Made by a program: the position numbers and the translations under genes
Shown here: positions 48,241 through 61,774 of the stretch, in pieces
Layout: each line of letters starts with the position of its first letter
How positions within the stretch are numbered: the stretch's first letter is position 1
The notes under the pieces: generated by a model
Told to the model about the DNA's origin: nothing
Database searches by the model: none
The model's input: the letters and a program-made list of their open reading frames with translations, nothing else
Source: the human T2T-CHM13v2.0 reference genome, Homo sapiens
Reading direction: 5' to 3' (one strand)
Length of the DNA stretch: 64,000 bases
Assembly: GCF_009914755.1 (NCBI RefSeq)
Contig: NC_060947.1

Positions 48241-48740
48241 AAGGAAAATGATTGACAAGTCTCAATCATTTTAGGAGGTCTATTTGCCAATGTTAAGCAC
48301 ACGTTCCTGAGAGATATTTATGTGTCTTTCTCTGAAGATGATTTTGAGGGCTTCAATATTTAAAGAGAAAAGGGTGGGATATTGAGAAATACAAAATTTT
48401 TATGTGGGGCGAGGTAGGGAAAAATAGTCCTTCATGCCTTTGTCTGGCTCAATGAATCTGCATGTTTACAAAAGATAAAGTAGACAATAGGGCAGAGGAA
48501 ACAACCAGATATCCATTTCTCTCATGTGGGCAGAGGAATTACTTTGAGTTCTGACCTATGTCCCTGCACTGGTGTAGATGAGCTCTCACAATGCCATGGT
48601 AAACTTTAACAGAAATGCTTCAGGGTAAATATCTTTAGGCCCCAAATAAATTTTCTTGTAGGCAAAATGTCAGGGAGGTATGTAGCTTTTCATCTTTGTA
48701 TCCATCTTATTTAGGAACCAAAATGGGAGGCAGAGTTGCA
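48233..48740 (-). mobile_element. MER4-group ERV1 LTR fragment
   Basis: agtctcaatcattttaggaggtctatttgccaatgttaag resembles the antisense 3' end of MER4-type LTRs. Confidence 0.65.
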
Positions 48741-48744
48741 TATA

Positions 48745-48806
48745 TTATCTATCTATCATCTATCTAACTATCCATCTATCTATCTATCTACCTATCTATC
48801 TATCTA
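48745..48806. repeat. (TCTA)n microsatellite
   Basis: tatctatctatc run. Confidence 0.9.
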
Positions 48807-49289
48807 TAATAGTAACAAGGCCTAACATAAATTTAATTTTACCCCACATAAAAGAGGAGAGAGAGGAATATGCAGAAACAGCAAACAATATTTGGAAAAA
48901 TAACCATTGGCAGTTTGCCAAAAACTGGCAAGCGCTATCAAGCCACAGACTAAAGAAGTCTTACAAATACCAAGGAGGATAAGAAAATAGTAAACATGAT
49001 AAAAATCAAAGAAAAAGAGAAATTATTAAAAGTACCTGGGAAAAATAGGCAAATTACCTTTAAGAAAACAAAATAAGACTGATACATATTAATGTGTTAT
49101 AAAATAATTTAACATTGGCAAATAATTCATTAAATACTAGGATAATAGTCAAAAGATATGAATTTTACTCTTGGCTCTTCCTCTGAAAAGTTACACGAGC
49201 AGCACTCAGTTTTCTCATCTATGAATGAAAATTCAATATTTTATCCTTTAAAAATATGTAAGCGCAAGATGAGAAAGACACTGTTGGAA

Positions 49290-49736
49290 AGTAATTTGCG
49301 GAAGGGAAACTAGGATTTTTAATTGACCAAAATGTTAGTAACTGTAGACAGTGTGATGTGGCTGCTAAATAAACAAGTAAACAAATAAATTATTTGACTT
49401 TATTAAAAGAAATAGGGATTAAATAAAAGGAGGTGATAGTTTTAATATATTCTCTCTTGGTTTGAGCACATCAGGCATGTCCAGTTCTGAGCAGCACTTG
49501 TTAGTAAGAACATGGCAAATGTGGACAAGGCATTATCAAGTGCAGCATAAACTTTCAAAAATATGTCAAAGTAGGAATTAAGATGACTTAGGATTTTTAC
49601 CTTGGAGAAGTGTGTATTTGGGGTGGCAACGGGTTTATGAAACAATTATTTATAAAGATTTGAGAGCCTGCCAAATGAAGATCAAATCAGTAATTATCTT
49701 ACACTGTTTTAGAAAACACAATAAAATGGAAGGTTT
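49290..49736 (+). mobile_element. L3/CR1 fragment
   Basis: cagtgtgatgtggctgc...ggaggtgatagt...tccagttctgagc resembles the CR1 ORF2 3' region. Confidence 0.65.
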
Positions 49737-49749
49737 AAGAAGGCAAATA

Positions 49750-50061
<312 letters not shown>

Positions 50062-50134
50062 AAGAAGGCAAATAAATATAGATAGCTTGAGTTCAAAGTT
50101 TAGTGCCCTTCTTTAATGACTGTGTGACCTAAGA

Positions 50135-50582
50135 TGTACTAGTCAGGATTCTCCAGAGAAACAGAATAAATAGGGTATTTATGATGTTTATTTATTAATT
50201 ATCAGAGATTTGCACATGTAATTATGTAGGCTGACAAGTCCAAAATATACAGAGCCAATGTTTCAGTTCCAGTCTGATGGTCTGAAACTGTTGTAGAATC
50301 AAGAATAGCTGATATCCCAGTTTGAAAATCTTCAGGCAGGAGAATTTCTCTTATTTAGGTGATTTAGGTGAGAGAGAGGAAGCCTTCTTTTCTATTCAGG
50401 CCTTCAACAAACTGAATGACGCCCACCTACATTATAAAGGGCAATCTGTTTTACCCAGTCCACTGATTTAAATGCTAATTTTATCCAAAAACACTCTTAC
50501 AGAAACACACAGAATAATGTTTAATCAAATATTTGGGCACCTAATGGGCCAGTCATGTTCACACATAAAATTAACTGTCACA
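50135..50582 (-). mobile_element. MLT2 (ERVL) LTR inserted into a MIR (MIR pieces 50085-50134 and 50583-50745)
   Basis: tgtactagtcaggattctccagagaaacaga...cataaaattaactgtcaca; MIR core tgtgtgacct / caagttactaaacttctct. Confidence 0.8.
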
Positions 50583-51440
50583 AGAAGCAAGTTACTAAAC
50601 TTCTCTCTGCCTTTGTTTCCTCATCTATAAAATGGAGCTAATAATAGCGCCTAGCTCACTGGCTCATTGCAAGAATTGAATGATAAAAATACTTAAATAG
50701 GTACTTCAAAAAGTCACTGGAACATAGAAATTTTCAATAAATATAGGGTAGCATTGTTTCCAGTGCTCAATACACAGTTGTCAAATGATTATAATAATTT
50801 GTTATAATATGATACAAGACTATGAGCCAAAAGGAAGCTATATTTTAATCCAATTCCAAAGTCTAAGAGCAGAAAATCAAAGCTTATCCTTACACTTTAC
50901 AATATCTTTGCATATAGCAACCTAAGAATTTTTTTAATAATTGACAATTGGTAATATATTTTAACAGTATTTTCAGTACTTTATTAAATTACATTTGATA
51001 AAGTTCTAGAGAAACTTTAGTTTCTATTTTACTATGAGAAGCAAACAAAATTAGACTATTTTAGTATAATTACAGAAAATTATGTCTAAAGTAAGACAAA
51101 GCTATTTTGAACCACTTAGAGGGCTGGATTTTAGAATAACATAACATAAATTTTTTTATCACATCAAAATGCATACAAAAATGCTAAATAATAAAAATAT
51201 CAAAAAGGTGTCCCATCAGGTTTCCTTGAATGGAGAGGTAAAAGTCATTTGTAATTACCAGTAGACCTTTTGCTGTAAATTATTAAAGTTCTAAATTCTT
51301 AAAAAAAAAAAAAAAAACAGGAAATTTTCTTCACTAACTTAAAAGCTTTTTATTTGGTATTTTCTCATAATTGCTTAAGAAAACTTTTCATCATAACAAG
51401 TACAAAGATAAAATTCATCCTGGCTAAACATGGTTTGTAG

Positions 51441-51764
<324 letters not shown>

Positions 51765-52749
51765 TAAAGTATATTAATGTTAATTTAATGTAGGAAAGAA
51801 CAAGTCATAGGTAAATATGATATTTTAAATAAATGATTTGTTTTTTGTACTCAAAGTGTGACCCTTCCAAGTGTATCACCCAGAGTAAGAATCTGCAGCA
51901 GTTATTCAGTTATCTTCTTTCATTTAAAATACCTATTTCCATATTAATATTTTATTGCATTGATTGTGACAGTTTAATGCTATACTGTACAGATGTCATC
52001 TCAGAAAGTGTAAACACTGAATGAATTAAATGCAGAAGAAGGCCTCATTCTGTCCAAATTGAAGCATATCACAAGTTACTACTATATTTATGACAGATTT
52101 TCACCTCATACCAAACACTTTATTTTTAGAAGTTCAAGAAAACACAGCCATTCTCCACTTTGAGAACATTTTCCGACTTATCACTGACATAAGTGTAAAT
52201 CTGATATTTTTCCCTTTTTGTAAAGCAAAAATAGAAATCCATGCATACCTGCTTACTTATAATTGACATCCCCCATCTCCACCCAATAAAGGCAGGCTGG
52301 AAAAGAATATAAGACTTCTAAAACCTGCGGGATTTTGTTTTGTTTCTTTTCTACTACCATATTATGTATCAAGATAGTTTAACACTCATATTAGAAGGCA
52401 GTGTCCCAGTAGTCCCATAAAGTCTGAGACTTTTATATTTAAGAGGGTAATAGTAGCTCCCTTGCTACTATAAAGTGATGTTCATACGAAGAGTATTGTC
52501 GCAGACCTGTACAGCAGATTATTTACTTTTAATCACCTCCAAAGAAACGTTAATTAGTGTTTTCAAATTACCAAGACTACCACAGAAGTGTACCGAGGTT
52601 TTCGGAGCTACCTTAATGGCTTCTATGCAGGAAAGAAAGAGGTTTCCCTCCCTTCTTCCTTCTCTCATCTTAATTTTAATCATATTTATTCTGCTTTTTT
52701 TCCTTGTTTGTATATAATGCTAGGTGATGTTAAAACATTATTTATGACA

Positions 52750-53105
52750 CTTGTTAGAGAATGGTAAGGCAGATTATACCTAGAAAGACTATCATAGTAG
52801 GTATGGTTACTACCACAATAGGATTTTGCAGTAAAGGAGAGAGATTGAACTCCATTCTGATTACAAAAATAAAAAAAAATAAAAAAAAGTGGGCATTTGT
52901 ATCCAAAGGACAGGGTAGGTGTCTGCGGATAAAACAATTACTAAAATTTGAATCAATTTGAAACATCAGATATAAGGGGAGATTCTGGTTAAACCAACAT
53001 AACAAGACCATTGCTGAGGGCAAGCCAGGTAGTCAGACATCACCTGGGGGATGGTGGAGGATGAAGAACCCTATTAGATAACAAGGGTGATCATATATGA
53101 AGGGT
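52750..53105 (-). mobile_element. MER31-like ERV1 LTR fragment
   Basis: cagacatcacctgggggatggtggaggatgaagaaccc. Confidence 0.65.
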
Positions 53106-53158
53106 AAATGCCAATGGATATATTAGCTGGAAGATTATTTACCACTTGCTTAGGAAAA

Positions 53159-53390
53159 TTAGCTGCGGGGATGCCCACCTGCTTGGAGCTGCGGCCGAAG
53201 TCCCGCACCACTTGGCCCGGGCAGAATTAAGGCAGATGTTCCATAACGCTGTCTGCTTGGGGTATGGGCTGCGGCCCGGTCCGCGTGTTTTGCGGAGCCG
53301 CAGTTGACGTGGTGCCTGGACCCCCGACCAGCCGCGAGGCAGGAGCGTGGGCTCTGCCTACCGTGGGGGCGCACCAGGGGTCGGACGAAC
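53159..53390 (+). other. Unassigned GC/CpG-rich insert; candidate structured RNA
   Basis: 156/230 G+C over 53161-53390 and about 21 CpG by hand count; several helices with G-U pairs on +; matches no repeat or RNA family I recognise. Confidence 0.6.
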
Positions 53391-54827
53391 TCAAGAATAG
53401 TTTCTGTTGGAATAACTATTTTAGTCAAGAAATCGAGTAACACAATATAAAAGCAAGCTGTTTGATCTGGGTTGGGGTTCCATAAGGAAAAACAGAGGTT
53501 TCTCCCCAGAAGGGAGCCTGATGCCTTCTCTGTTTACTTTAAGGAATCCCAGGCTCTTACAAACTATTTTAGGTCCCTCATGAAGCAAAGGAAAAAAATA
53601 GCAAGAGAAAGGTGAGACAGCAGAATTAAATGAAGAAAACAGAATTTAGTCAGCTGAGAAGAAAAAGAAAAACTTTTGCTCAAAGAAGAAAAGATCATAG
53701 GCGAGAAAAAAACATAAAAGCTTCATAAATACGAACACACACATGCACACACACACATCTTTGATGCTAGCTTTTAATTAAGCTGACTTTTAAACATTGA
53801 GCTTCTTTAAAAAAGTCTTTTAAAATCTCATTACCATATTTTAGCTAGGACAAACTGCTGATATTTCAAAAGTAACAAGTATCAAACCAGAAAGGACTTG
53901 ATTTAGGAACCAAACCCAGGCTGTCACGGGAAAAAAGAAGGCAGAACCTTAGCTACAACAGAATTGCAGCATGGGGCAACAGCCATTGCTCTTTCAGTTT
54001 GGCTTGGCTAGCAAAAAGGTGGCCTTGTTATGTAAATAAAGCCACTTAAGTAGTCTAATTAAAAATCTTTCCTTTTTGCTTTTTTTCTTTTGGCTGGCCT
54101 TTTTTTCTGCTCCCCGCCACCACCTTTTTGTGCAGGAATTTAGCCACTTCAGATGCCTTGTTTCCCATAAATTTGAACTTTATATTGGATTTGATTACGT
54201 CAGATAGAGTTGGTCAAACCAATGCAAAAAACTGAAACAACAAGAAAAACAGAAACGACAAAAAACTGAAACAACAAGAAAAACAGAAACAAACTACAAC
54301 AATAACAAAAAAAATTTTAAGCAAAACAAATGATGCACAAATTATACAATTACCGAATGCTCTAATGGTAAAGAGGAATTAAGACCAGCTGGTTGTTAAT
54401 CTTAACTTTTGCTAAGATAAAAACCCCAATTCAGCTATTTACGTAGGGAGGAGTCTCAGGCTGAAGACTGCTATCTACTATCCTAGAAGCAGGAGAAAAC
54501 TCAAACTTGCCTTCTCCGTTGGAAGTGAGCTCAAACTCCAGAAAGGCGTTACCTGCCTTGCATTGTCATGAAAGCAGAAAAACTTGCCTTCCTCGTTGGA
54601 AGCACGTAAATCTCCAGAAAAGGCATTGTACAGAAAAATAAACTTTAGATCTCAACCAAATTTTGGGAGATCAGGGATTTTCTGGAGGGAGGGGAGCTCC
54701 CAGGCCTCAGCAAATTGTTTTATTAGTTTGAGCCATAAAAGTATTTCAAGCTAGTACCAAGCACCCATAGGAGATTTGTCAAAAGTCAAGGACACCTCCA
54801 TTCAGAATCCCTTTGTGGTCACCAAAT
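53391..54827 (-). mobile_element. MER4 internal 5' region (leader), inverted relative to the rest of the provirus
   Basis: Ends in a PBS next to the MER4A LTR. Confidence 0.75.
54807..54824 (-). promoter_or_regulatory. Primer-binding site, tRNA-Arg type
   Basis: Minus strand TGGTGACCACAAAGGGAT, 3 nt from the LTR end. Confidence 0.75.
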
Positions 54828-55086
54828 TGTTAACACAAAATATCTGAGACAGCTGTCAGTCAATTTAGAAAGTTTATTTTGCTAAGGTTAAGGACACACC
54901 TGTGACACAGCCTCAGGAGGTCCTGATGACACGTGCCCAAGGTGGTCAGGGCACATTTTCATTTTATACATTTTAGGGAGACATGAGACATTAATAAATA
55001 TATGTAAATTGTACATTGGTTCAATCTGGAAAGGCAGGACAACTCAAAGAGGGGAGGGAGCTTCCAGGTCATAGATAAAAAGAGAC
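54828..55086 (-). mobile_element. MER4A LTR, 3' half only
   Basis: Reverse-complement homologue of 61062-61322. Confidence 0.85.
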
Positions 55087-55472
55087 GATGAATAAAGGAG
55101 GGAAGGGGTTTTTATGTCTAATGCAGGGTCCCTACCTCTGTGTCACTCCCCCATGGGCTGGGGTTGGACTGCACAATCTAAACTGACCCGACTGGCTACT
55201 TGTGAATATTTTCCCAAATCAGGAAGGGAAGGGGGATGTGTGAGTGAGTTACAATGGTAGGACTTGTGGTTTCGAAGGGTAGAATAGGTGCAGAGCGGGT
55301 AACTAAGGGAACAGATGTGAGTTATAGATTAAAACTGATGGGAAGGTTGTTTAGAGTAACTAGAGGCAAGGAGGCATGGAGAACAAGAAAGTTGAGTTTG
55401 AGAACAAAGAACAAGGAAGTTAACAGGCTGAACCTTTGAAGAGAAATTCAAAGAAATTCATTGTATCTTACA
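55087..55472 (-). mobile_element. LTR10-like LTR, 5' part only
   Basis: Minus strand starts tgtaagatacaatgaatttc...ctcttcaaaggttcagcctgttaacttccttgttc. Confidence 0.65.
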
Positions 55473-56863
55473 AGTTTTTAAAGAAGAGTGTAGTTTAGAC
55501 ACAAAAATGTCTTTGTTAAAAAACAAACAAACAAAAAAACTAAAGTGCACTGTAAAAGCATCACATGGTCTAGCCTCATAATAATTCTTCCTTTTTGGAG
55601 ACCCAGGATTCAGTGTGGGCTCTGCTCAGAACTCAGAAATCCAGTTAAAAGGTAGGTAGACTCTGTCTAAATAAAATTGATCTCCTTTTATAATCCTATG
55701 ATAGATTTCTACAAATTTATGTTGGATTTGACATCTATCTTTAATCTCCCTCCAGCATCACCAGACTTTCTCTCTGTATTTTGAGATGTAAATTTCACTA
55801 TGCTATTTTTTAACCTAAGAGTCCTTTAATATGTAAATGAAGGGCCTTCTAGCTGACAATTGCCTGGGGTAATAAAATAGGAAATTGGAAGTCTAAAATA
55901 GGAAGAAAAAATAGAGGCCTTATGAATATATAAGATTTACTTCTATCTATGTATCTAATACATCTATGCATTTATGTATCATGTATATGATGTTTCACTA
56001 CTAAAAATGTATAAAATAGCTCTAATTAATTGGCTAAAATGCTTAAATCAAATACATTACCAGAAAAATAGAGACTTTAAGCCAAGTGCTTTTTAACGTT
56101 CCTGTGATTTAAGTAAATATTTAATAAATAAGCTATTTTTTAAAATATTGGTGAAATAGGATAAAAAATGCCTTGAGAATTGTTAACATACATTGTCTCT
56201 GCTAGATGTCAAAATTTGGCATGAGTGTTATAAAGCTATGAATGCAGCTTAAAAGAGAGTTATCTTCGTTTATGTAAAATTTAATAAATAAAACATTTAA
56301 TATTGTTCAGTTAATGAAAACGACAAAATTCTGACTTATTGGAAAAAAAATAACTTATCTAATCTTAAAATTTTTGCTTAGGAAAACCTGAAATTCACAG
56401 GTTATAAAAGTGGTTAACAAGGAAACAACTTTAAATAATAACTATCACAGTTTTCATAAGTAATCTGGTTAAACTATTAAAAAAAATTAGGTAAATGTAA
56501 TGGAATGTTTAAAAGTAATCTTGTCATATAATATAAAATCTAATGTTATATTAAGCAAAATAATAGCTATTCATTAAATGTCTAGGTCATTTCCAATTTT
56601 CTTTAAATAATAGGAAAATATTTTTTAAAAAAGAACTGGGATTTTACTTAAAACTAATTTTTGTCTAATTCAAAGGTTATTTTAAAGTTTTTTATAAAAT
56701 TAGGTAAAGGCAATCAGTGAATAAAATCAACGTAAAAAATGTTATAAAGAGGTATTTTTGGCAAGAAAGATTAAAAGGAAAATAATTTTATATGAGAATG
56801 AATCTTGTATGATAAATTTTTGTCTTAAAATAAAATAAATGGTTATTTAAGACAGAGGGTGCC

Positions 56864-57384
56864 CATTACTGGGTATATACCCAAAGGATTATAAATCATG
56901 CTGCTATAAAGACACATGCACACATATGTTTATTGCAGCACTATTCACAGTAGCAAAGATTTGGAACCAACCCAAATGTCCAACAATGATAGACTGGATT
57001 AAGAAAATGTGCACATATACACCATGGAATACTATGCAGCCAGAAAAAATGATGAGTTCATGTCCTTTGTAGGGACATGGATGAAGCTGGAAACATCATT
57101 CTCAGCAAACTATCACAAGGACAAAAAACCAAACACCGCATGTTCTCACTCATAGGTGGGAATTGAACAATGAGAACACATGGACACAGGAAGGGGAACA
57201 TCACACACCGGGGACTGTTGTGGGGTGGGGGGGGTGGGAGGTATAGCATTAGGAGATATATCTAATGCTAAATGACGAGTTAATGGGTGCAGCACACCAA
57301 CATGGCACATGTATACATATGTAACAAACCCGCACGTTGTGCACATGTACCCTAAAACTTAAAGTATAATAATAAAAAAAAGAA
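56864..57384 (+). mobile_element. 5'-truncated L1PA3-like element
   Basis: gctaaatgacgagttaatg and cctaaaac; perfect 15-bp TSD aagacagagggtgcc. Confidence 0.92.
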
Positions 57385-58124
57385 AAGACAGAGGGTGCCT
57401 AGGTTAAAAGAGAAACCCAAGCCTGTCATAAAATATTTCATATCAAGTTGTCTATAATTAAAGGGAAATAATTTATAATAGTCTCTCTAGAGATTGGGTT
57501 ATTGATGTAAAAACGCTTATGCACTAAAGAATTGGTTAGAACAATGACATTTTCTTAAGGGATTGATTTACTCTTAATAAACTATAAGATATTTTAACTT
57601 TTTAACCCAAAAACATAATTGTCTCACCATTTTCAGTTTTCTTTCCCACTTCAAAAGGCCTAAAATAATGACTCTCTCCCTCAACTAATTCTCAAGCTTA
57701 TGCAAGTTCCCCCCACGACCCCCCACCCTCAGTTGCTGTTTGTTGTGGCCTAATGCTAAGAATGTTTTTCTTGAAGGTCTAAATGAAATGTTTTCTTCCA
57801 ATACAGTATTCTGTGCACCGCAGAAGTTATTTTCTTTTGCCTTTTGGCAACTGGCTGAAAAAACAGATTTTACATTTTATTGAAATAATTCTTATGTCAT
57901 TGTTATTAAGCTTTAGTTTGCTTAGAAAAAACTGAGAATAATTTTTTTGTAAGCTAAGGTTATTACATCCATGTAACTTTCTGTATGTGCCTTTAAAGTC
58001 CTTGTGCCATTGAGTTACAGGGCTTTGACTCTTGGACCTAAAAAGGACACTGAGTCCTGCTAAAATCTTAAACACTGACAGCAGTTAAAGTCTCATCTTC
58101 AGACCTGGTAGAAGATGCCATTCA

Positions 58125-58527
<403 letters not shown>

Positions 58528-60873
58528 CTATCATGGAAGAGGTGGGCATGTAAGATTGTAAGGGCTGGCTTTAAGAGATAAAATTAGTTCAGTTTCTCTA
58601 GAAATTAACTATTAATATCAAAGGCACACTGATGCAAAACCAGCATCTGGGCCTCGGTGACCGATTAACAAGGTTTTATTGGAGCATTAACCCACTCCTT
58701 AATACAAAATTATAAAGATTACAAGAAGGTTAATAGAAATTATATTGTATGGTCAAGATGATTAAATTGTATAGGTTGTTTACAAGATGTTGAGAGACAC
58801 ATTTAATTGACCTTACACTGTCTTTATTAAGGATTATTGTTTGGAAAATTGTCTCCTCTCTCAAATAATAAAGGTTTCCACCTTTTTTGAAATCTGTGGG
58901 TTATTACTTTGGCTAAATGAATGACCTGTTTTACAATGACCTGTGATTCTATTCTGGCAATATAAAGTGTTTTAAACTTTTTATGTTCAGCAAGCTTTCC
59001 AAAATTAAGTTCTAACTTCAGTCCTCATTAATTTTTGGATTTTGGTTTCCTGAAGTCCAAAAGAGACATATTTGGCTTATTATCATACAAGAAGTATTGT
59101 CAAATATGAAACAGTGTTTAATCTTCTTGGGATTATATTTATATAAATGTATTATTAGTGTGTGTTCCAGAATTGTATGAAATTCCTGTGATTCTAATAT
59201 GTCTTAACGTATGTTATCAGTAGTAATTATGATTATTATGTAAAATCGGTGTATGCCATAGAAGTAAACAAATTTCCTTGTCAATTGTGTCTTTAGCTAT
59301 GCCTGTTCTAAAACTTGTCATATACAGTTCTTTTTACTTTTATCCTTTTCCAAAGATGTTTTTATAATCAGCTATAGGATTCTGACAGATGCTGTCAAAT
59401 GCAGGTTTCTGATAACTATGGAGATTGTTACACTAGAATACAGAGAAAACTTCCAAGACTCCCAAGGAGAGTTAAAGATGAGTATCAAGCAGAACAGGAG
59501 TTAACTGCATGGACTAAACTTATAGAAGACTGACATAATCCTTTTATGAATTTTTGCTTTAAATATTGCTAATCCTTTGTTTTTGAGAGCCGAGAAAACT
59601 GTTCTTTTGAGCTATTTGCAGCTTTTAAGAATTGGGTAAACTATACTCAGATAAACAAAATATGGAACATATTTCTCTCTACCTGATTTATACAAAATTT
59701 GAGAAGTAGTTGTGAGTATTCTTTACTTATGGCAATGTAGTTATTTACATAAGTGCATTAAGAATCTGTTTTCTTTTGTAACAGGACACAATTGGAAACA
59801 CTGGTTATTTTACCAGTGTCTTGACTTGAATGGGGTACTTTCAGATACAGACTCCTTTAAGGAATTAAAGTTAACTTATACAGCCAATAAAAGCCCCTGG
59901 GGAAAACTGGCATAATACCTTGTCTAGGCAGCCCTGTACAGACTCCTGACCTATGGTAAGTAAAGAATGTCACTTTCTAACAAGCCCAAGAGCCCCAAGT
60001 TTTCCTGCACCCTAAAAGTGAGGAATTCACTCAGCTAATACAGGTATTTGTAGGCACAGAATGGGCTTAAGGCATTAAAGTCAAATCTGAGATCCTTTAT
60101 GGAATTAAGTTGCAACAAAGCCAAAAAAAAAAAAAAAAAAAGAAGAAGGAGCCTGTATGGCAAATAATTATTTTTTCTCACTTTATGAAAATACTCAGGC
60201 CAAGTATCATAAGACTAAAACTTATCTTCCAAATGAATTTGTACTATAATTAGTCTTTACTGAAAATGGGGACTGGAGAGAGAAAAATTGTGTTTCAAAA
60301 TCAACTATAGTACACCTGTTATTAGCTTCTCGTCTTGCATAAGGCTTTTCAATTTTTATTATTTTCTACAGTTTGGACTAAATTCTGAAACTTTTTGTGG
60401 TTACAAGTCCCCAGTATAATGTTTTCCATTTCTTTTCCTTCTTTCTTTTACTTTTAAATTTTTTTTCTGATTTTAAATCACTGAAAACTAAGCTGAGCTT
60501 TCTTAAAGCCTTGCAAACTGAAGTTAGGCAAATTAAACTTCAGAAGAAAATAAAAGCAACTTGTTTACATACGTAAGCCACTCTCATACCTGCCTACTGA
60601 TATATGAACTTCAGAGTTATATGGCCTACATTGATTTTCCAGAATTTTTATATTTTCATTTGTTGTTGTTTTTCACCTTCCTCCCACTATTTGCTCTTCA
60701 CAGGATGTGAGACTTCACAACCTTCTAAAAATGAGTTTTCCTAACAACATGGGACCTACCCTTCTAGGAATAAACCATCCTAGCCATGAGAAATCAGATG
60801 AAAACTGGGACCAGAGACTCTTTTTCTTCTAAAATGCTTTTTCTGAAAGATTTTAAAAAGAAAAGAAGGGAAA

Positions 60874-61322
60874 TGTGAAAGGAAAATAAAATTTTAGACC
60901 CCAACACCACTAAGCTAAAGGGAAAAGTCAAGCTGGGAGCTGCTTAGGGCAAATCTGCCTCCCATTCTATTAAAAGTCATTCCTCTGCTTACTGAGATAA
61001 ATGCACATCTGATTGCTTCCTTTGGAGAGGCCAATCAGCAACTCAAAAGAATGTAACCATTTGTCTCTTATCTACCTATGACCTGGAAGACCCCTCCCCA
61101 CTTTGAGTTGTCCCACCTTTCCAGATGAATCCAATGTACATCTTAAATATATTAATTGATGTCTCATGTCTCCCTAAAATGTATAAAATGAAGCTGTGCC
61201 CAGACCACCTTGGGCACATATCATCAGGGCCCCCTGAGGCTCTGTCACAGGTGCATTCTTATCCTTGGCAAAATAAACTTTTTAAATTGACTGAGTCCTG
61301 TCTTAGATATTTTGGGTTAACA
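60874..61322 (+). mobile_element. MER4A 3' LTR
   Basis: tgtgaaaggaaaataaa...tttgggttaaca; PPT upstream; aataaa. Confidence 0.9.
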
Positions 61323-61774
61323 GACAAAATAACCAACTTTGCTTCCATTCTTAAACAATACTAAGTTTTGCAGATACAAAACATTTGTAATAGTCAAGTG
61401 TTTTTATAAATACTAATATATTATTTAAAGACCTATAAGCATCTTATATATTTTAAAAAATGATAGTAATTACTGAGAAAAAGAAAATAAAATTACAAAA
61501 TTGCAGATAATAGATCAATAAAGAAACTTTTCAAACCACGATAATGTAGTTCAACCTTCTTATTTTTAATATGAGAAACCAAAACACAGGGAGATTGACT
61601 ATTACAGGTTTACAAGGTTTTCTAGCTCCCAGTTTAGTGCTCTTTCTTTTCTGTTAGCTTGCCTTCAAATTCTAAACGTTTAGATGTTTTTAAACTATAC
61701 ATATTCTGAGTTATTCAATTCAGAAATAACAGACACAATTTCTTTAAAATAACTCCAACATTTGAAATCTACAT

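Noticed and set aside
53159-53390. Ordinary CpG-island promoter
   Set aside because: Very short and sharp-edged, embedded in ERV sequence, with no adjacent exon evidence; not fully excluded
53310-53392. HDV-like ribozyme assignment for the pseudoknot
   Set aside because: Helix order is similar, but there is no short P3/L3, no P4 and no J4/2 catalytic C before the last strand; no hammerhead core either
53159-53443. 94-aa minus-strand ORF across the GC cassette
   Set aside because: Starts in ERV sequence at a non-ATG codon, is R/G/A/P-rich as expected for stop-poor GC DNA, and has no recognisable domain
54225-54292. Direct duplication of about 34 bp (aaaaactgaaacaacaagaaaaacagaaac)
   Set aside because: Simple slippage in an A-rich ERV leader
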